Shown: positions 14,925 through 29,200, numbered from the stretch's first letter. The stretch: DNA of 64,000 nucleotides from Lepidodermella squamata (GCA_047495785.1 JBLDXI010000013.1:248001-312000); one strand, 5' to 3'. Translations and numbers: made by a program. The notes: generated from the sequence alone by a model not told the origin.

Positions 14925-17252
14925 ACCTAACGGAACCTAGCAGCGGGTTTTCATCAGCACCAACTTCCACTTATCCGAGAAGTCTCATCATTTGTTATGG
15001 ATTGTTATAGACCAATACTAGTTGATAGAAACAAAAATTACATTTGCATCACCTTCCGTTGGCGTGCTGCCAACTTTTGCTGCTAAGTTCAGCTTTTACC
15101 ATGTAAAATGGGTGCATCGATTTGGGACCCCATTTGTTATATCTGACAGCAGCACATAACAAACGTGAGAATTTGTTATAAAACGTAACAAATGACGCTG
15201 ATTGCGATGGTGATTTTTATTTTACCATCAGCATCACCTGGACAGGTGTGGATCGAAAAAACCAGGTATGGTGGCTTACCTGAGCAGGTAAGGTTCGTCC
15301 CATGACCTCGAGATAATTTTTTTCGGATTCTCCGTCGAAAATTATTGGTATTCCCCAAGTTGTTTGAATTTCTGATATACATAACTCACGAAATGAGAAA
15401 TATAATGATCTTACACAGAGTTGCAATTTCCGTCATTTGTTGATGTCAGTCAATAATGAGAGTTACTCGTTTGGAAGCGGAAACTTGGATTCTTCAACAT
15501 TGCCCCGTGTGTCTAACAATGAGTGCACTAGGGTAAAAAATGATGCAGAATTCAACCGTGCTATTGTCTAATCAACAAAATTGATTGCTACGTGGTTAAT
15601 TGATCACGTGACCTATTCGATTTATCAAGTTTCTGATGGGTACGAATTGAATTATATTACCCTATTTGTTATAACTGTCAGCACATCATAAAAAACGTGG
15701 TATTTTGTCCTATATGGTAATAATTGGCGCTGAAAACGCTGGTGATGTTTATTTTACTATCAGCACCTTCTGGACAGGTGAGGATTGCTAAGAACAGGTA
15801 AGGTGTCTTCCAGCAAGCATCATAGTGAGACTCTATTCTGAATTCATTTCAAGGCAATTTTATTGAATTTCATGAAATTGATGAAAGTTATGAGGTTCTA
15901 CTGTTGTTCTACATGTTGATCTGATGTCCTGAAAGAAGCCGAGTGGACCTACATGTTTGTTTTGTTTCCACAACCGTCGTAGCCGAATTTCCGAAATTGA
16001 TGAGCAAGAAAAGTAAGAAACTCGAGGTGAATAATGTGAGTATAGACATACATCTTAGAAACAGAAATTAATTTTCGTATCAGAATAAACCATAGCACTT
16101 GCTGATCTGAAGTATTCCAAAATTTAAGAGTATCAATAAACAAATTAAACAATGATTCCTCAAAGAAGGTAACGAATATTATTGACTTTCTCGCACGAAA
16201 AGGTCATATTAACAGAATAAAATATTATAGGTAATAATAAAATCAACATCACCAACGTTTTCAGGGCTACTTTTTATCTTCTAGAATTGAAATTCCATAT
16301 TTGTTACGTAGCGCTGTCAGTTGAAAAAATATCGTAATCTAATTCAATTCAGACCCATTTTAAATTTGAATAGCCGGTTACGTATCACGTGTTCAATTAA
16401 CCGCCAAGCCGTCAATTATATTCGTTAGACAATAAAGACGTTAATTTCTGAATCATTTTTTACCCTGGAGCACTCATTAAAATGTGAAGTTAATGTGAAA
16501 TAATCCAAGCTTCCGCTGTCAAGCAAGTAATTTTCATTGCAAACTGCCATAATCGACATTGAAATTGTAACTTTAGTTAAACTCGCTTTTATTTCTCGAG
16601 TTATATGAATCGGAAGTTCGCAATACTTTGTGAAACATGGTAATTTACCACCTGCAACTGCAACTGATAAAACCCTCGCCATCTCCCTCTCCGTCTCTTA
16701 CGTGCCCCATCAATATGATGAGCATGGATACATCTTACTAGCACGCGCCTCTTGTTCCATAATATTATTAGAGAGTTATTTTGTGTATTTTGTTATTTGG
16801 AAAGAGGACAACAATAAAGATTTTTATGTTTTATGTTTACCACGGAGAATCCGAAAAAAATTATCTCGAGGTCATGGGACGCACCCTACCTGCTCAGGTA
16901 AGCCACCATACCTGGTTTTTTCGATCCACACCTGTCCAGGTGATGCTGATGGTAAAATAAAAATCACCATCGCAATCAGCGTCATTTGTTATGTTTTATA
17001 ACAAATTCTCACGTTTGTTATGTGCTGCTGTCAGATATAACAAATGGGGTCCCAAATCGATGCACCCATTTTACATGGTAAAAGCTGAACTTAGCAGCAA
17101 AAGTTGGCAGCACGCCAACGGAAGGTGATGCAAATGTAATTTTTGTTTCTATCAACTAGTATTGGTCTATAACAATCCATAACAAATGATGAGACTTCTC
17201 GGATAAGTGGAAGTTGGTGCTGATGAAAACACGCTGCCAAGTTCAAAGCGGT
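14925..17252. mobile_element. Non-autonomous foldback/MULE-like DNA transposon: 411-bp TIRs and 8-bp TSD CTAAATCG
   Basis: 14925-15335 is the reverse complement of 16842-17252. I counted about 4 mismatches over the inner ~395 bp; the outermost ~15 bp are more diverged. The direct repeat CTAAATCG at 14917-14924 and 17253-17260 abuts termini ACC...GGT. No transposase ORF inside. Confidence 0.85.
15579..16417. repeat. Inner, diverged inverted-repeat pair (about 15579-15800 / 16233-16417) homologous to the outer TIRs
   Basis: Shared blocks ggttaattga-cacgtga, atgggt..gaattgaatta and ctgaaaacg(c/t)tggtgatgtt occur in inverted orientation. The left copy also matches the outer TIR (ggtgat.ttt.ttttac.atcagca....ctggacaggtg). 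Confidence 0.75.
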
Positions 17253-18064
17253 CTAAATCGCAGTTTTTAACTTGTCATGTTTGAACCTTGGCAATGCCTT
17301 GAATGATAGAATTCGAAAGGCCGAAACGTTTCATATGCAGTTAATCTTTGAAGAATAAATGGATGCCGCCATTGGAATTTTCATTGTTGAGCTGCCATCT
17401 TTTGCGTAAAATCTTTGAAATGAAGAAGATTCAAAGTTTCATCAAACCCTAACTAATCCATTGTCTTTTTTGCAGCTGAGCTTTCCAACTTTTTCTAAAA
17501 ACAGATGAATGGCTCTTAAATAAACAAATAAATAAATAGATAGGTAATAGAAGAAATCTGATGATATATTTCCTTTGGCTGCAAATAACTGGCTCATCTC
17601 TCAGACAGTGTTTACAAATTCAACACCTGCCACTGTCAACAAGATCGGGCACCATTAGCTGATTTTGCGGTTTTTGTTGAACTAAAATATGACATGGGCG
17701 AGCGACAAAAGCTTGCAGTAGACGGCATGCTGTTACTCCTAATCCCAAATTAAAAGGAATGTAAGAGGAATGTAGAGTCCAAACATCGGCCAAAAGACAT
17801 TTTGATCAATTGTCCGCATTCTGTTTTCCACTGGGCGTTGACTTGCTAATTGGTCAAGGGTGAACGCTGCTCAAGCTTTAATGGCTTCAACACCTATTTC
17901 TTGACCGACGCATACCAAGTATGTAATGACATCAACTAAGTACGTTTATTTGAGATAAAGTAAAAGATTATTTACACGCGGATCATAGCGATCGGAAAAA
18001 CCGGTTTGATAGAAAGTTAGACTGGTAGAAAGAAAGTTGCAATATGCTTGTCTCTAGAGTTCGT

Positions 18065-20279
18065 TTACAATCCAGCAGCAGTTTGTTCGATGCGTGCAAT
18101 CAAGTAGCGGTGATACTCGACTGGGTCGACGCGGGAGACAGAGACGCAAGAAGACTTGCGCCTGGTCTCGTCGTTGTACGTCTCCATGCGAACGCGAAGC
18201 TTGAAGGTCCAGCGCGAAAAGCTTGCCCCTTGGATGAGCTCGTCAAAGGCACTTTCACAGCCTGCCGTTTCCTTCAGCTGACCGATTTCGTTTGCAGTTT
18301 TATTCAGAATGACCTCAGCTTGATCGCGGAAAACTGTAACCCAAGCGCCATCTGTCGCGTCCATGAGGTGTACCTTAAGTCATAAATCATCAGTATAAAA
18401 CAGGTCAAGCAATCAGGTTACTTAATACATTTAACATGAGCTGATACTTGAAGTCAGAAAATTCGCGCTGGCACTTCTCACAACGGAAAAGACCTGATCC
18501 AGGTTGTTCGACGACTTTCTTGTTGCATCCGTCTTGTGGGCAGGCGCGGTAGATACAGTTTTCTTTTTTGATGTTCGCGACTGTGCCAACAACTGTAATG
18601 AAATCAGGACGGTCGCCAGAGCCCAAGTTGTAATGGCGAACGTCGTTGAGTAAACGCCAACTTGACTGCATGCCGCCAGAGCCCATGCCGGCACCGCCAT
18701 CAGATCCTTTGACTGCAGCGAACTCAGCCGTGGCGCCTTCACGGTCAAACCAACCTCGAAGCATGTGAGCTTCGGAAATGTCAGGATTTATCACGATCTG
18801 GCAGTTAGCGCCCGTCGAAAGCTGGCGACTGCCGGAGAACTCACCAATACGCGTATTCTTGGCGGCGACGATTGGAAAGCTGCCTTCGCCGAATTCGAAG
18901 TTTTCAGCTTCCGTGCCCCACAAAGTCAGGGCAATTTGAGCTCCAGAGGTGTCGACCAGGAAAATATCGCGTTTTGTCATCGTTCGGCCCTACGTAAAAG
19001 TATAGGTGGAGGGTAAACCGAAGAAGAAATGCTAACCTGCTTCGAAGTTATCTGCTTGACCTGACCAATCTCACGGGCAACACCAATAATATCCACAGTT
19101 TCGCCGACAGCTTTTTGCTCGATGTCAGAAATCTTGAGGAAGTCGAATGAAACCGAAGGGAGCGCACCGTCATCATCGCAAGGTACAATTTCGGTATCTT
19201 GAGTCAGCTGCATTTCGTAGTCATGAGCAATGTTACCAGAGTACTGGCGGTTGGCTACCTGTTAATACGTCAATGTTACGAAAATCCACGATACGAGATC
19301 AGATAAATAACCTTCAGAGTTCCTCGACTGATGTAGAAAACTTTGTTGACCTCAATGACGTTGAAGAATCTATCAGCTTCCTGCGTGAATGCCGTGGCTC
19401 TGATTTCGCCTGATTCATCCATGAGGTTGAAGCTGAACAAACGGCCTTCGCCTTTCGTGTTCGACCACGTCCTAAAAATGAATGAAGATCATGATGCCAT
19501 GATTTCCAAGTGGCGTACTTGATTGGGGTTTTCAATGTCACGCGAGCGCGAATCGTCCACCTATTTTGATATGGGCTCAAGCCGGCGATAGGAACAATTT
19601 TGCGGCTTTGAATGGGACCCATTCCAGAATTGTTCGGTGTTCCGGCGGCAGGTGGCACCGGACCGCGGGGAGTCGATGAGGATTGTGCGCCATACTTCGG
19701 CATGGTAGTTGCAGGCGGCTTGGGAATGTTCGGACTAGGAGCATGCGCTGCATTGTGGCCTAAGCAAAGTCCAACTTATAAATAATGATTGTAAGTAATC
19801 TTACTAGCTGATGCGGCTGGTAGAACGGGTTTGGGGTTCGGAAGTGAAACTGAGGGAGCCGCAGTAGCCTTTTGAGCTCCGGCATCAGCGCGTTGACCAA
19901 GTGACTGAGGATTACCCAAAATTTGATTACCAACTTCATCCGCAGTGTTGACAACGCGAACTTGAAGTAGAACAATCACAGGCCGATCAACGTTTTCAGG
20001 AGCAGAAAGCTGGTATTTATCAACTCGGATGATAGAGAACGCTGCTAGTTGACCGCCCTCGACCAGGTTGTTGAAATGAGTCGCCAACATAACGGATGAA
20101 TAAGAATTCAGGGTGTCAGATATCACTACTCGATATCGATCTGTGGGACGTCCACTGGCTGCACCCGATGACTGCTGCGTAACTTTCTTTATGCTGAGAA
20201 CTTGAAGAGAAAAGTTCTGAAGAGTTTCGCCGCTCAAAAGCTTCTGAATGCAACCGACGGAGACGCCAAAGTTGGCCAT
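18065..20279 (-). CDS. RPA1: Replication protein A 70 kDa subunit; 6 exons
   Basis: [10 protein letters not shown] (N-terminal OB), [64 protein letters not shown], zinc motif [19 protein letters not shown], and [15 protein letters not shown]. Confidence 0.97.
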
Positions 20280-21399
20280 TTCGGATGATGTTGATCAATT
20301 AAAGATAACAGTCACTAAAGCGCAGAATTTTTTTAACAATCAAGTAATAATATTTGCCTTTATCTCCGGTCAAAAACGGCTACCGAGAATTCCTTGGTAG
20401 CCGATTTTAAAAGTTTGTGAATGAGAAACTTGCAAACAGCCAACAGTATAATCAAACTGCTGCGAATGAAAAAATAAAAATGGGCAATTTCCATATAGAT
20501 GCGATATGGGCGATATATAGGAACGATATTTCAATGAAGGTGCAATGTTCTCTCCATTTTCCATTCCAATCGCATCGTGATATCATTTGTAAAAAATCCG
20601 TAGGCCTGTGTTAGCAATAAGTCCTGAATACAACCCTTAAAATTGTGCAAAAGAAGATTGGATTTGATGGAGGTAGGTAGCAGGTTCCACAATTTGGCAG
20701 ATTAAACTGCAAAGCTAAGGCCCCTAAGAAAAGATGAAAGTTGAGAAACAGTTACATACTATATAACCTTATCTCCGATCCCAGATCCCTGGTGCTCAAA
20801 GTCTGTTTCTTTAGGCCTCAGGCCTCAAGCATTAATACGAACAGAGCTTCCATATCCCTCAGGATCAGGAATTACGATTTCTCCTCGCCCTGACGGACTC
20901 AAGATTTCGCCATAAGGCGGAGCTTGTGAGAAAATCGCGAGCTTACGCTCAAGGAAAGTTTGGTCTGAGCTACTTAATGATGTCCCCTGGTACTACAGTT
21001 ATTGCTGACTGTTTCTCCAGGGCCCAGGCATTAGTGCCCAGGTGGCTTTTCCACTCACTCAGCGAAGCTGAACGACGACAAACGCCGTCGTAGCAAGAAA
21101 GTCTATGCCGTCTTCTTGGAATCATTCCTGGAATGCATTAGCATTTTGGTTTTAAAAATCGATCAAATAAAAATTCAAAAATCTGAGCTTTTGGCGCGAA
21201 AAACGAGAAAATCGACTTAAAGTACTGCTTAAATTATTTCAGAAACAAACCGTATGATAAAAAAATATTTAAAAATCAGTAGTGTCGAGGTTGCGCGCTA
21301 AAATATTTGTTTTTTCCTGCTTATATTTTTGAAGATCCTGCCTGCAATGATGAATGTTTTTCAGTTTTTGACGAAGACGCATCCCACTACACTTAAGGA

Positions 21400-21716
21400 A
21401 GGGGTCCTCCAATAAGCCACTCGTCATGGCGCTGATTATCTTGTTGCGTTTGTCAAGGAGCAATTGGACCAATGGATCGAATTAGAGCCATAGATTATTC
21501 AGCTGTTTTTCTGCGTAGTTATTTTTTACGCGAGATGCTATATCGATAGCAGCCGTGAAAAGCATCGCTTGTGATGAACGAAATGCTATAACATTTCAAC
21601 CTTCTGCCAAAGAATACCTCCAGAAATTGTGATTTGGTTATCGATGTGATTGATCCATCGATCGAAGAATACCGTTGACCGGAGGTGTACAAGTTGAGGA
21701 TTGAGGATTCTCGCAT
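21400..21716 (-). mobile_element. Possible highly decayed non-LTR retrotransposon fragment (RT C-terminal region)
   Basis: Broken translation ...ITKSQFLEVFFGRRLK... and ...FDPLVQLLLDK... loosely resembles the KFLGVxFDxRL and WGxxPxxLLxLYK blocks downstream of LINE RT domains. Stops and frameshifts present. Confidence 0.3.
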
Positions 21717-22607
21717 GGAGCCAGCTACACATTTTAGTCAGCTCAAATACAATACTTACTTATAATGTAATAATGATGAATAGAGAGTTGGTAGCCAACC
21801 CTACCTAGCCGAGGCCTGACCACACTGCCAAAAGTGCTTGCTAAGGAAATAAGGGAAGCACACCAGCTGATGCATAGGTAGTTGGTAGTTGACTCTCACA
21901 TCTCACCTTTTCCTAAAACATCACTATACCTCTCATGTGAGATATGTATTTTTGGTCCTAGTGTCATTCAGTTGCGAAAAGTGTGATTTCCGTAACTCAC
22001 CAGGAAAAATTTAACATCCGGGGTCCCGGGTCCTCAAAGACCTTCAACTGTAGCTGCTTCCGAATACATAAAAACTCTTAGCGTTTGCTATTCTTGGAAT
22101 CTTTAGCTATAGGTGTTAAGGTGTACAACATAAAACATCTGATAGCGTGATAGCATATCAGATGGGGTGATTCCGCTCATCGGAGGGAATGCGACTTACC
22201 GGTCGACTTTGTCTCTCTTCTAACTTCTAACTAAAATCACGACATCTGAAGATAACGCGGAAAAACCGGATTCATGATTAAATAGTGTTATCAGTGCGTG
22301 TGCATGATCATTGCATTTTGTCATTCGGGACGGGACTTCTGTGCGCAGTGTAAGTATTTTATATAAACGCCTAATTATTAAATTGGTATTACATTTGGAT
22401 AATTTAATTGATCCCTCCGTTCTCTATGAATTTTGCACTGAAACCCAAATTTAGGTTGCAATATAGCCTTCTCTACTGGAATTTTTTTTTCTGGAATTAT
22501 GACGAATGATGATTATGAAGCTTATCTCCTACGAAAGCGTAACTGTGAAACTGATTTTAGAACTTTCTGGAATTAGGCTAATTTTATTATCGTTCTTTTT
22601 TAATCGC

Positions 22608-25590
22608 ATGGCTCAGGTAATATTTTTAATTTCAACCACCATCAATTTCATGTTTTCTATTACGTGTTCCTGCAGTTTAAGGGAAAATACGATTTCGAAT
22701 CACAGGGTCCGGATGAACTTGCCTTTGTTGCTGGTGAAATATTGACAATCGTAGATACCGTATGTCATCATTTCATAATTTCGTTATTTTCACGGAAGTT
22801 CCTACAATTTTACAGAGCACGCCTGGGGGTTGGTGGAAAGCTCAAAATTCTGCTGGCCAGCAAGGTTACGTCCCTTCGGATTTTGTCGAGGCAAGTCGAC
22901 TCATTCTAGCTATAGTTCGTTTTTATTTGGAAATTGACTATAGCCTCTTGAAAGTGACAATGAGAGTATTCCCGAGCCAGCTTACGCCCCACCGCCCTTA
23001 CCTGCCGACGATCCGTATGTGCAGCATGACTCCTATAATAATCAAAGCTACGCTACTCCAGTGACCGTTCCGCAAACTTCAGGCTGGTATCCAGTAAGCA
23101 ACCGTCAGTAATAATTAGCATTTTATCTATTCTTATTGCTGAAAGAATTCAACCTATGGGAACGAAGATCCAAGTGACAATTGGAACAGCTATTCGTCTG
23201 AAACCGCAAAGGTTCAGGCAAGTAATACTGCTGTAGCCCCTCAAACTAGTGGCTGGGATTCCGGTTTGTTGTCATAACAATTTATTCCTCACAACCAGCC
23301 ATTTTGAATACAGATGAATTTGACGACGACGAAGACAACGAATCGTTGGCATCGACTTCTGTGGCGCGATCGGTGTCGCAAGGAAACGTCGGAAACGCAC
23401 GTGTAATTTCACCCACACCGTCATCGGCTGCTAGTACGCAGGCAAACTCGAGTGCCTCAAGTGCTAACCTGACTTCAACTTCTGGCCCTCCCTCGAGGCC
23501 TGTTCCCACGAAATCATCCGCCCCAAGCAGCGGTGTATTCATGAAGTGAGTTGGGTGTAAATTATTTTATTTTATAATGATGGTTGATTTGGACAATTCA
23601 TCACTCGTTTAAAGGTCACTGAGGTATGTTAGTCGTGCCGTTGGTTTTAAAACGTAGTGACTGACTATTTCGACACTTGCCTGTCGTTTGAGTCCATGGA
23701 TGCATTGTAATTATTTCAAGCTAACATAGCAATTAGTTTTTAAAATTCCATCTGTGAATATCGCAACTCTACATAATCAAGATTTATACTTATACTTCTC
23801 TATACAGATTGTCCGACTATACAAAATCGGGAGTCGGTGCGTACATTCTGGGACATACCAAAGGAGCCCGGCCGCCGCCTACGGAATGTGTGCAAATCAT
23901 TGTACGTTGAATGCGTGTTCGCTACTATTGAATTATTTTTGTTGTTGAAATAGGTTGTTGAAGGTGTTGTTCAGTGGCGTCCAAAAGGTCAGGAATTGGG
24001 CTACGACATATTGCCGGGACACAAAGTTGGCGGAAAGCTCGCTGGTCTAAAAAAATTCGTCGAATACACCATCGCTAAACGAGTATGACCATTATATGCG
24101 CATCGAATTTTAAAGTACAAATTACTGGGAATATTGTTTCAGAATAGCAACTCGGAAGTGCAGCGAAGGTACAAGCAGTTCGATTGGCTACACGAGCAGC
24201 TGAGAAACAAATTTTCTGTCATCGCAATCCCTCCACTTCCTCACAAACAGATCACAGGCCGATATGAGGAGGATTTTATAGAAGTTCGGAAACGCGGCTT
24301 GCAAGCCTGGCTAAGCCGAGTCGCGAGACATCCAATCGTTTGCCATTCTACTGTTTTCCAACACTTCGTCAGTTGCACCGACCTAAAGGCCAATTGGAAA
24401 CAGGGTAAACGTCAGGCTGAAAAGGACGAATGGCGAGGTGGTCGTTGGTTGTTGGCAATCGAACCGCCACCTGCTTCCCAAATTTCTGGCATTAATGAGT
24501 AAGTCTTGTATTGTTTCTTGTTCAATTCGACTGTATACCAAAAAAACGCTCTTACGACGTCCTGCTGTTATTCATTTTATCTTGTATCAGTCAAACTTTG
24601 TTGCTGCTTTCGTACCCCAACTTGAATTCATGTTAATTTCGATTCCTCTATTACAGCCGTGAACAAGTTTTGCAGTTCGAAGCATATTCAGAGGCCTTAT
24701 CAGGTGCCGTGCGATCGATGATCGACACCCAGCAATTGTACTCGAAAAAGCAATCATGTGGTGAGTTTTGGCTATTTGCTTCGCTAATAATAGTCTTAAA
24801 TGTTTTACAACTTATGAATGCCAGGAGCTGATGGTATAGTATCTTCACCTTATAATAGCTTGCTACGAAACTAGATTAAGCGCGCGACTTAAACGCTAGA
24901 TTTCGATACATATTCTTGCTGATTCTTTCCCCATGAATATTAAAACTTCATCAGAAATTTCCTAAGCTTGCCATGTCCGCATTCCGACCTGATTCTAAAG
25001 TATGATGCATTTTTCTGACAGTTTACAAGCGGGACTATCAAAAGATTGGCACGTCATTTGCTGACTTCGCGAATGCATTTCAAAGAAGCACATCGCCAGG
25101 TCTTCTATCGCTTTCACGATCAACATCACAGGCTGCTGGTGTCTTCGAGGACATTGCCAAGCTTTTTGGTGACCAGCCTGATTTGGATGCGCTTCCATTT
25201 ATCGACGCTCTTGTGGAATACAAGGGAATGCTCACCGATGGGTTGCCTGAAATGTTAGGACTCGCGCGAGGAGCCGCGTCATCTGTCGCCGATGTTGAGA
25301 AGCAAGGAAACGAGCAAAAAGTGTCACTAGAGGAGGTCGAAGCTTGCAGAAGTAGACAGCGGCTGCTTAACTTGGCTCTCCTCGCGGAGCAGACTCACCT
25401 CTCCCGACAGCAGGAGGCCGATTTCGAACAAATGTTTTGCCAATTCATCAGAGCTCAAATAATGTTTTATACCAATGTATGTATTATTATTTTTGTTTTA
25501 CTCACTTATCAAAAAATGATTTATTTTACATTTCAGGTAACTCGCAAATTGGAGGAAGCTCTACGTTTGTTCCCCAACTCGCACTCGTGA
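22608..25590 (+). CDS. SNX9/18/33: SH3-PX-BAR sorting nexin (SNX9/18/33 family, SH3PX1)
   Basis: SH3: FKGKYDFESQGPDELAFVAGEILTI..GGWWKAQNSAGQQGYVPSDFVE. Acidic GWDSDEFDDDE low-complexity motif. PX: VQRRYKQFDWLHEQL..IPPLPHKQITGRYEEDFIE. BAR: YKRDYQKIGTSF..LALLAEQTH..FIRAQIMFY. Confidence 0.95.
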
Positions 25591-26298
25591 GAATCGCGTG
25601 ATTAAATGGTGCTGCTAATGTATATATAACCGTCAGAGAAACTATTTTACGAGTTTTTCATTTACCAAATACTTACTGTATTACGTTATTGCTTGCATTT
25701 GCATTATGGTTGTAATTACCGCTCGACGGTTCAACACGGCTATGCTGATGCGTGAAATTTTGTGCTGACTGTGGCCAGATTTATTTTTGTTGGTTTCTCT
25801 TAGCGTCCTTTTAATGCATGATTCCAAGTGACAAACTACTTACTCTTTCTGTGATGACGAGAATCGACTTGGCATAATTGAGAACCCAAAAAACGCCTTT
25901 TCGGTTACTGCTGTTAAGCAGATTTTTGTTGCAGCGTTCTTGATGCTTTATGAGTTTTACTGCGCATAAGTTCTACTCTGTTATGCACAAGTATTAAAAG
26001 ACCAACAGCATTTCCTATGTGCGAGCCAACATCTTACCTAATATGTTGAAAAAAACAAGAGTTTGCCGACTGTCACTTACCAATTCTGTGAGGTGCTTTC
26101 CGACTGCTTGCGCTTCTATGTTTTCCACTTGATTTAAAACCGTAGCCAAAATTATACATACCAATGTTCAGCTGAAATTTTTATTTTAATTCATAAATGA
26201 TTAGCGTGTATAATGAAACTGTGTAATCGAATTATCACGTAAGCTTGAAAACGAATTATGAATAATAAATTATGAAACGAGATGAACAATGCATAGTC

Positions 26299-29200
26299 TC
26301 ATTGTTTAAAATGAGTAAGGCGGGACACTAGATTCGGCAGCAAATTTTGAACTAACACAGATACATCTTCGTCGTCTGGTAAGCTGCTGGTTTGTTTCAG
26401 TTTATCTAAAAATGGAAACTTCAGATTTTTGGCAATCTTGAAAAGTAGTTCCAACCTAATATAGAAACGAACAAAGCGTAAAGCTTTGCAGCCTGCCTAT
26501 TCACTTTCTCGTCGTTCATCGCTTGCGCTGTCGAAACTAGATTGAGAAGCAGTTTTGATGAAACGTCAACCATGTGCAAGTTGAATGGGCGCGCGGTCTC
26601 GCTGTCGGTTAAGGAGGAAGGATTCGCAAAAGCAACCAGCGCATCATAGACCCTTAAAGAGTAACAATTTTTTTGTCTGAGCAAGCAATCAGGATAATTA
26701 GGTACTAACTTTTCAAGACATCCGGATTTGATCAATTCCGGGCGATATTGCACGTCGAGGGCAAAGTTGACCAGCAGCCCGCAGCTAACATAAGACAGTT
26801 GATGAGAGGCGGCATCCATGAAGATGAGACATAGCTCCACAGCTAATTGATATTCCGTTATAATGAATTAGAAATAACATTGAGTTACCTTTAAATTCTA
26901 AAAGAAGACCGCGGACGTCAGCGAATCTCGAAAAGTTGGCGACAACATGAAGAACGTCCAGTAAGAGCGCCGAGCGATGATCTAACAGCATTAGCGGTAA
27001 CAGGACTGCGATAATGAAGAAAATCACCACGACAAATCTATACATAATATAAAATGCTATTATAATCTTACCGGAGACGAATTCCAGCCGCTTTCTCCAA
27101 AGTAGCAGGCCATCGGCATCTTCGAATTGCGCCAAAGCAAAGAAAGTTATGTTATTGAGAGCCCTCAAGACAGCTCCAACAATCGGCGAATATTGACTAC
27201 CAGGACCCAGTTTTTCCATCTCGACCAAAGAGATGCAACTCAAAGAGCTTTTTACAAACTCCTCCGATTTAGCTAGCTCTATTCCGATATCTTCATCGAT
27301 TGCCGCGTTTGCCAGTAGACGTGCAGTTTTGGTCAAAATTTCGACGTAAGTAGAGCTTTCCTTTGGTTCTCCCGATGATTGGGCCGTCGACTGTGGATCC
27401 ACAGGGATGAAGATATGTTTCACGAAATAAAAAAAAATTCATACCACAAAATAACCGAAAATAGTAGAAAACATATCCAGAGCTCGTTCACCCTTACTGC
27501 TCGGCCTAATAAGCAGCTGAATACAGTCTGGGTACTCTGTTATTAGATTTCCAATCATGAATGCTAGCCGAACCGCTATGTCCTGTGAGCAGGAATAAAA
27601 TGGTATTTGATGATGTGAAACCAAAGGCATACATTATTAGGACAATGCTGAAGGAAACAATTAGCCAAAAATAAGAAAGTGTTTGCATCCGGATCGGAAG
27701 CTGATTCCAGGGTGTTATCGTCCGAAATCGCTTCAACGATGCACCTGCAGCACTCTGTATCCAAAGATGCTTTACTTAATACTCGAGTGCATAATAGCAT
27801 TATTTCAGGATTAGAATTGAAGCATATCATGATGTCGAAAATTGCAGCAAATGCATTGGAGCAGCGGAATGCGTCTAGAGATGAATTTACTTCTGCTACG
27901 TTTCTTAGCACTCCCAATACCTACAAGAATGCCATATTTAATCCAAGGAACAACGAAAATCGTCCAGTTACAAACCTGGATGCATAAGTTTTCTATGTTT
28001 TTGTTATGCTGACTTCCAGCTAAGGACAAGTCGAATGAAGACAGCGCCGATAATGCTTTCCCTGTACAAACGTTCACAGCACCTAAATCTAACAGCACTT
28101 TGGCGCCAAGTTCATCCGCAGAAATCAGCTTCAAGCAGGAAAGACTGCATATGAGAGGATCTTCTTGAATATCGGGTGACACAGACAACTCGGCGACTGC
28201 AGATAGAATTATCTCTGTGATGTTGCATAGAACACGTCCAAGTTTTATAGTATGATAACGAAAGCTTCATAAAATGAATACCAGGTAACGTTTTGTTTTC
28301 TTCCGCGTTTAGGAGTTCTCCGCGCGGCATTAGGCGGCACGTTTTGTACAGCAGTTTATACATAGCTACCAGGTTTGAATCTTTCAATCCAAGCTATACA
28401 AATTCAAATATATCTTCGAAGAGGATAATGTTTTTCACATACCGATAGAGCCAATTGAATGACTGCCAACTTGATTGCAGGCGCCAACTTCTCACGATTT
28501 TTTAGGATGTCAAACACCTTAACGAGTAGCTCGCTGCGAAGTTTTGCAAAGCGCTCAGATGAAGGAACTTCAAATTTCCTGATCATCTCAATCAAAGCAG
28601 AGATAGCTCTTCCGTCTATAATGTAAATACAATGTCAACAAGATTTGCCATCATTAAGGTTGCGTACCTTCCAGCAAAATTTCAGAATGCGTTATAAATT
28701 CTTCCAACAAGGAATACAAAGTTTCCAGCGACTCAGTAGTCCAGCAGCTTCTAAATGGGGATAACATTTTCATGCAAAACAATTGTAGGGCATTGTACAA
28801 AATCAATCGAAACACCATTGCTTTCATTGTGACTTATTGGGCAAGTTACGTATCAGTTTGTTTCTTGCCATTATGGCGAATTTTTTTAGAAAATAATTTT
28901 GAAGTCAAACCTGGTCGAAGTCAGGTCAGAACAGCTAGTTTTGTTGTTTAGCGAAGAGCCGGAATTTATTCGCCGGGACTCCCGAGAGTCGACATTACCA
29001 TCAGAGCATACTGAAATAATAGAATAAGAATATAAACACCAAATCAAATCAATTAGGGATAACACCATTCTACTTTAACACCAATAGTGTTATGAACAAG
29101 AATAAGTACTTCATTCCAGCGCCATAGTAGAAAAGCGAATAGATTCACTTACAATCTTGTAGCGAAGATGTCTTTTGTAGCAGCTTTCTCGTGGCAAAAG

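Noticed and set aside
15176-17001. Duplicated ORFs (..RRIRKKLSRGHG..) and motifs LTAAHN / KFGYDGCG inside the foldback element
   Set aside because: Products of the inverted repeat. Flanked by stops and too short to support a protease or transposase.
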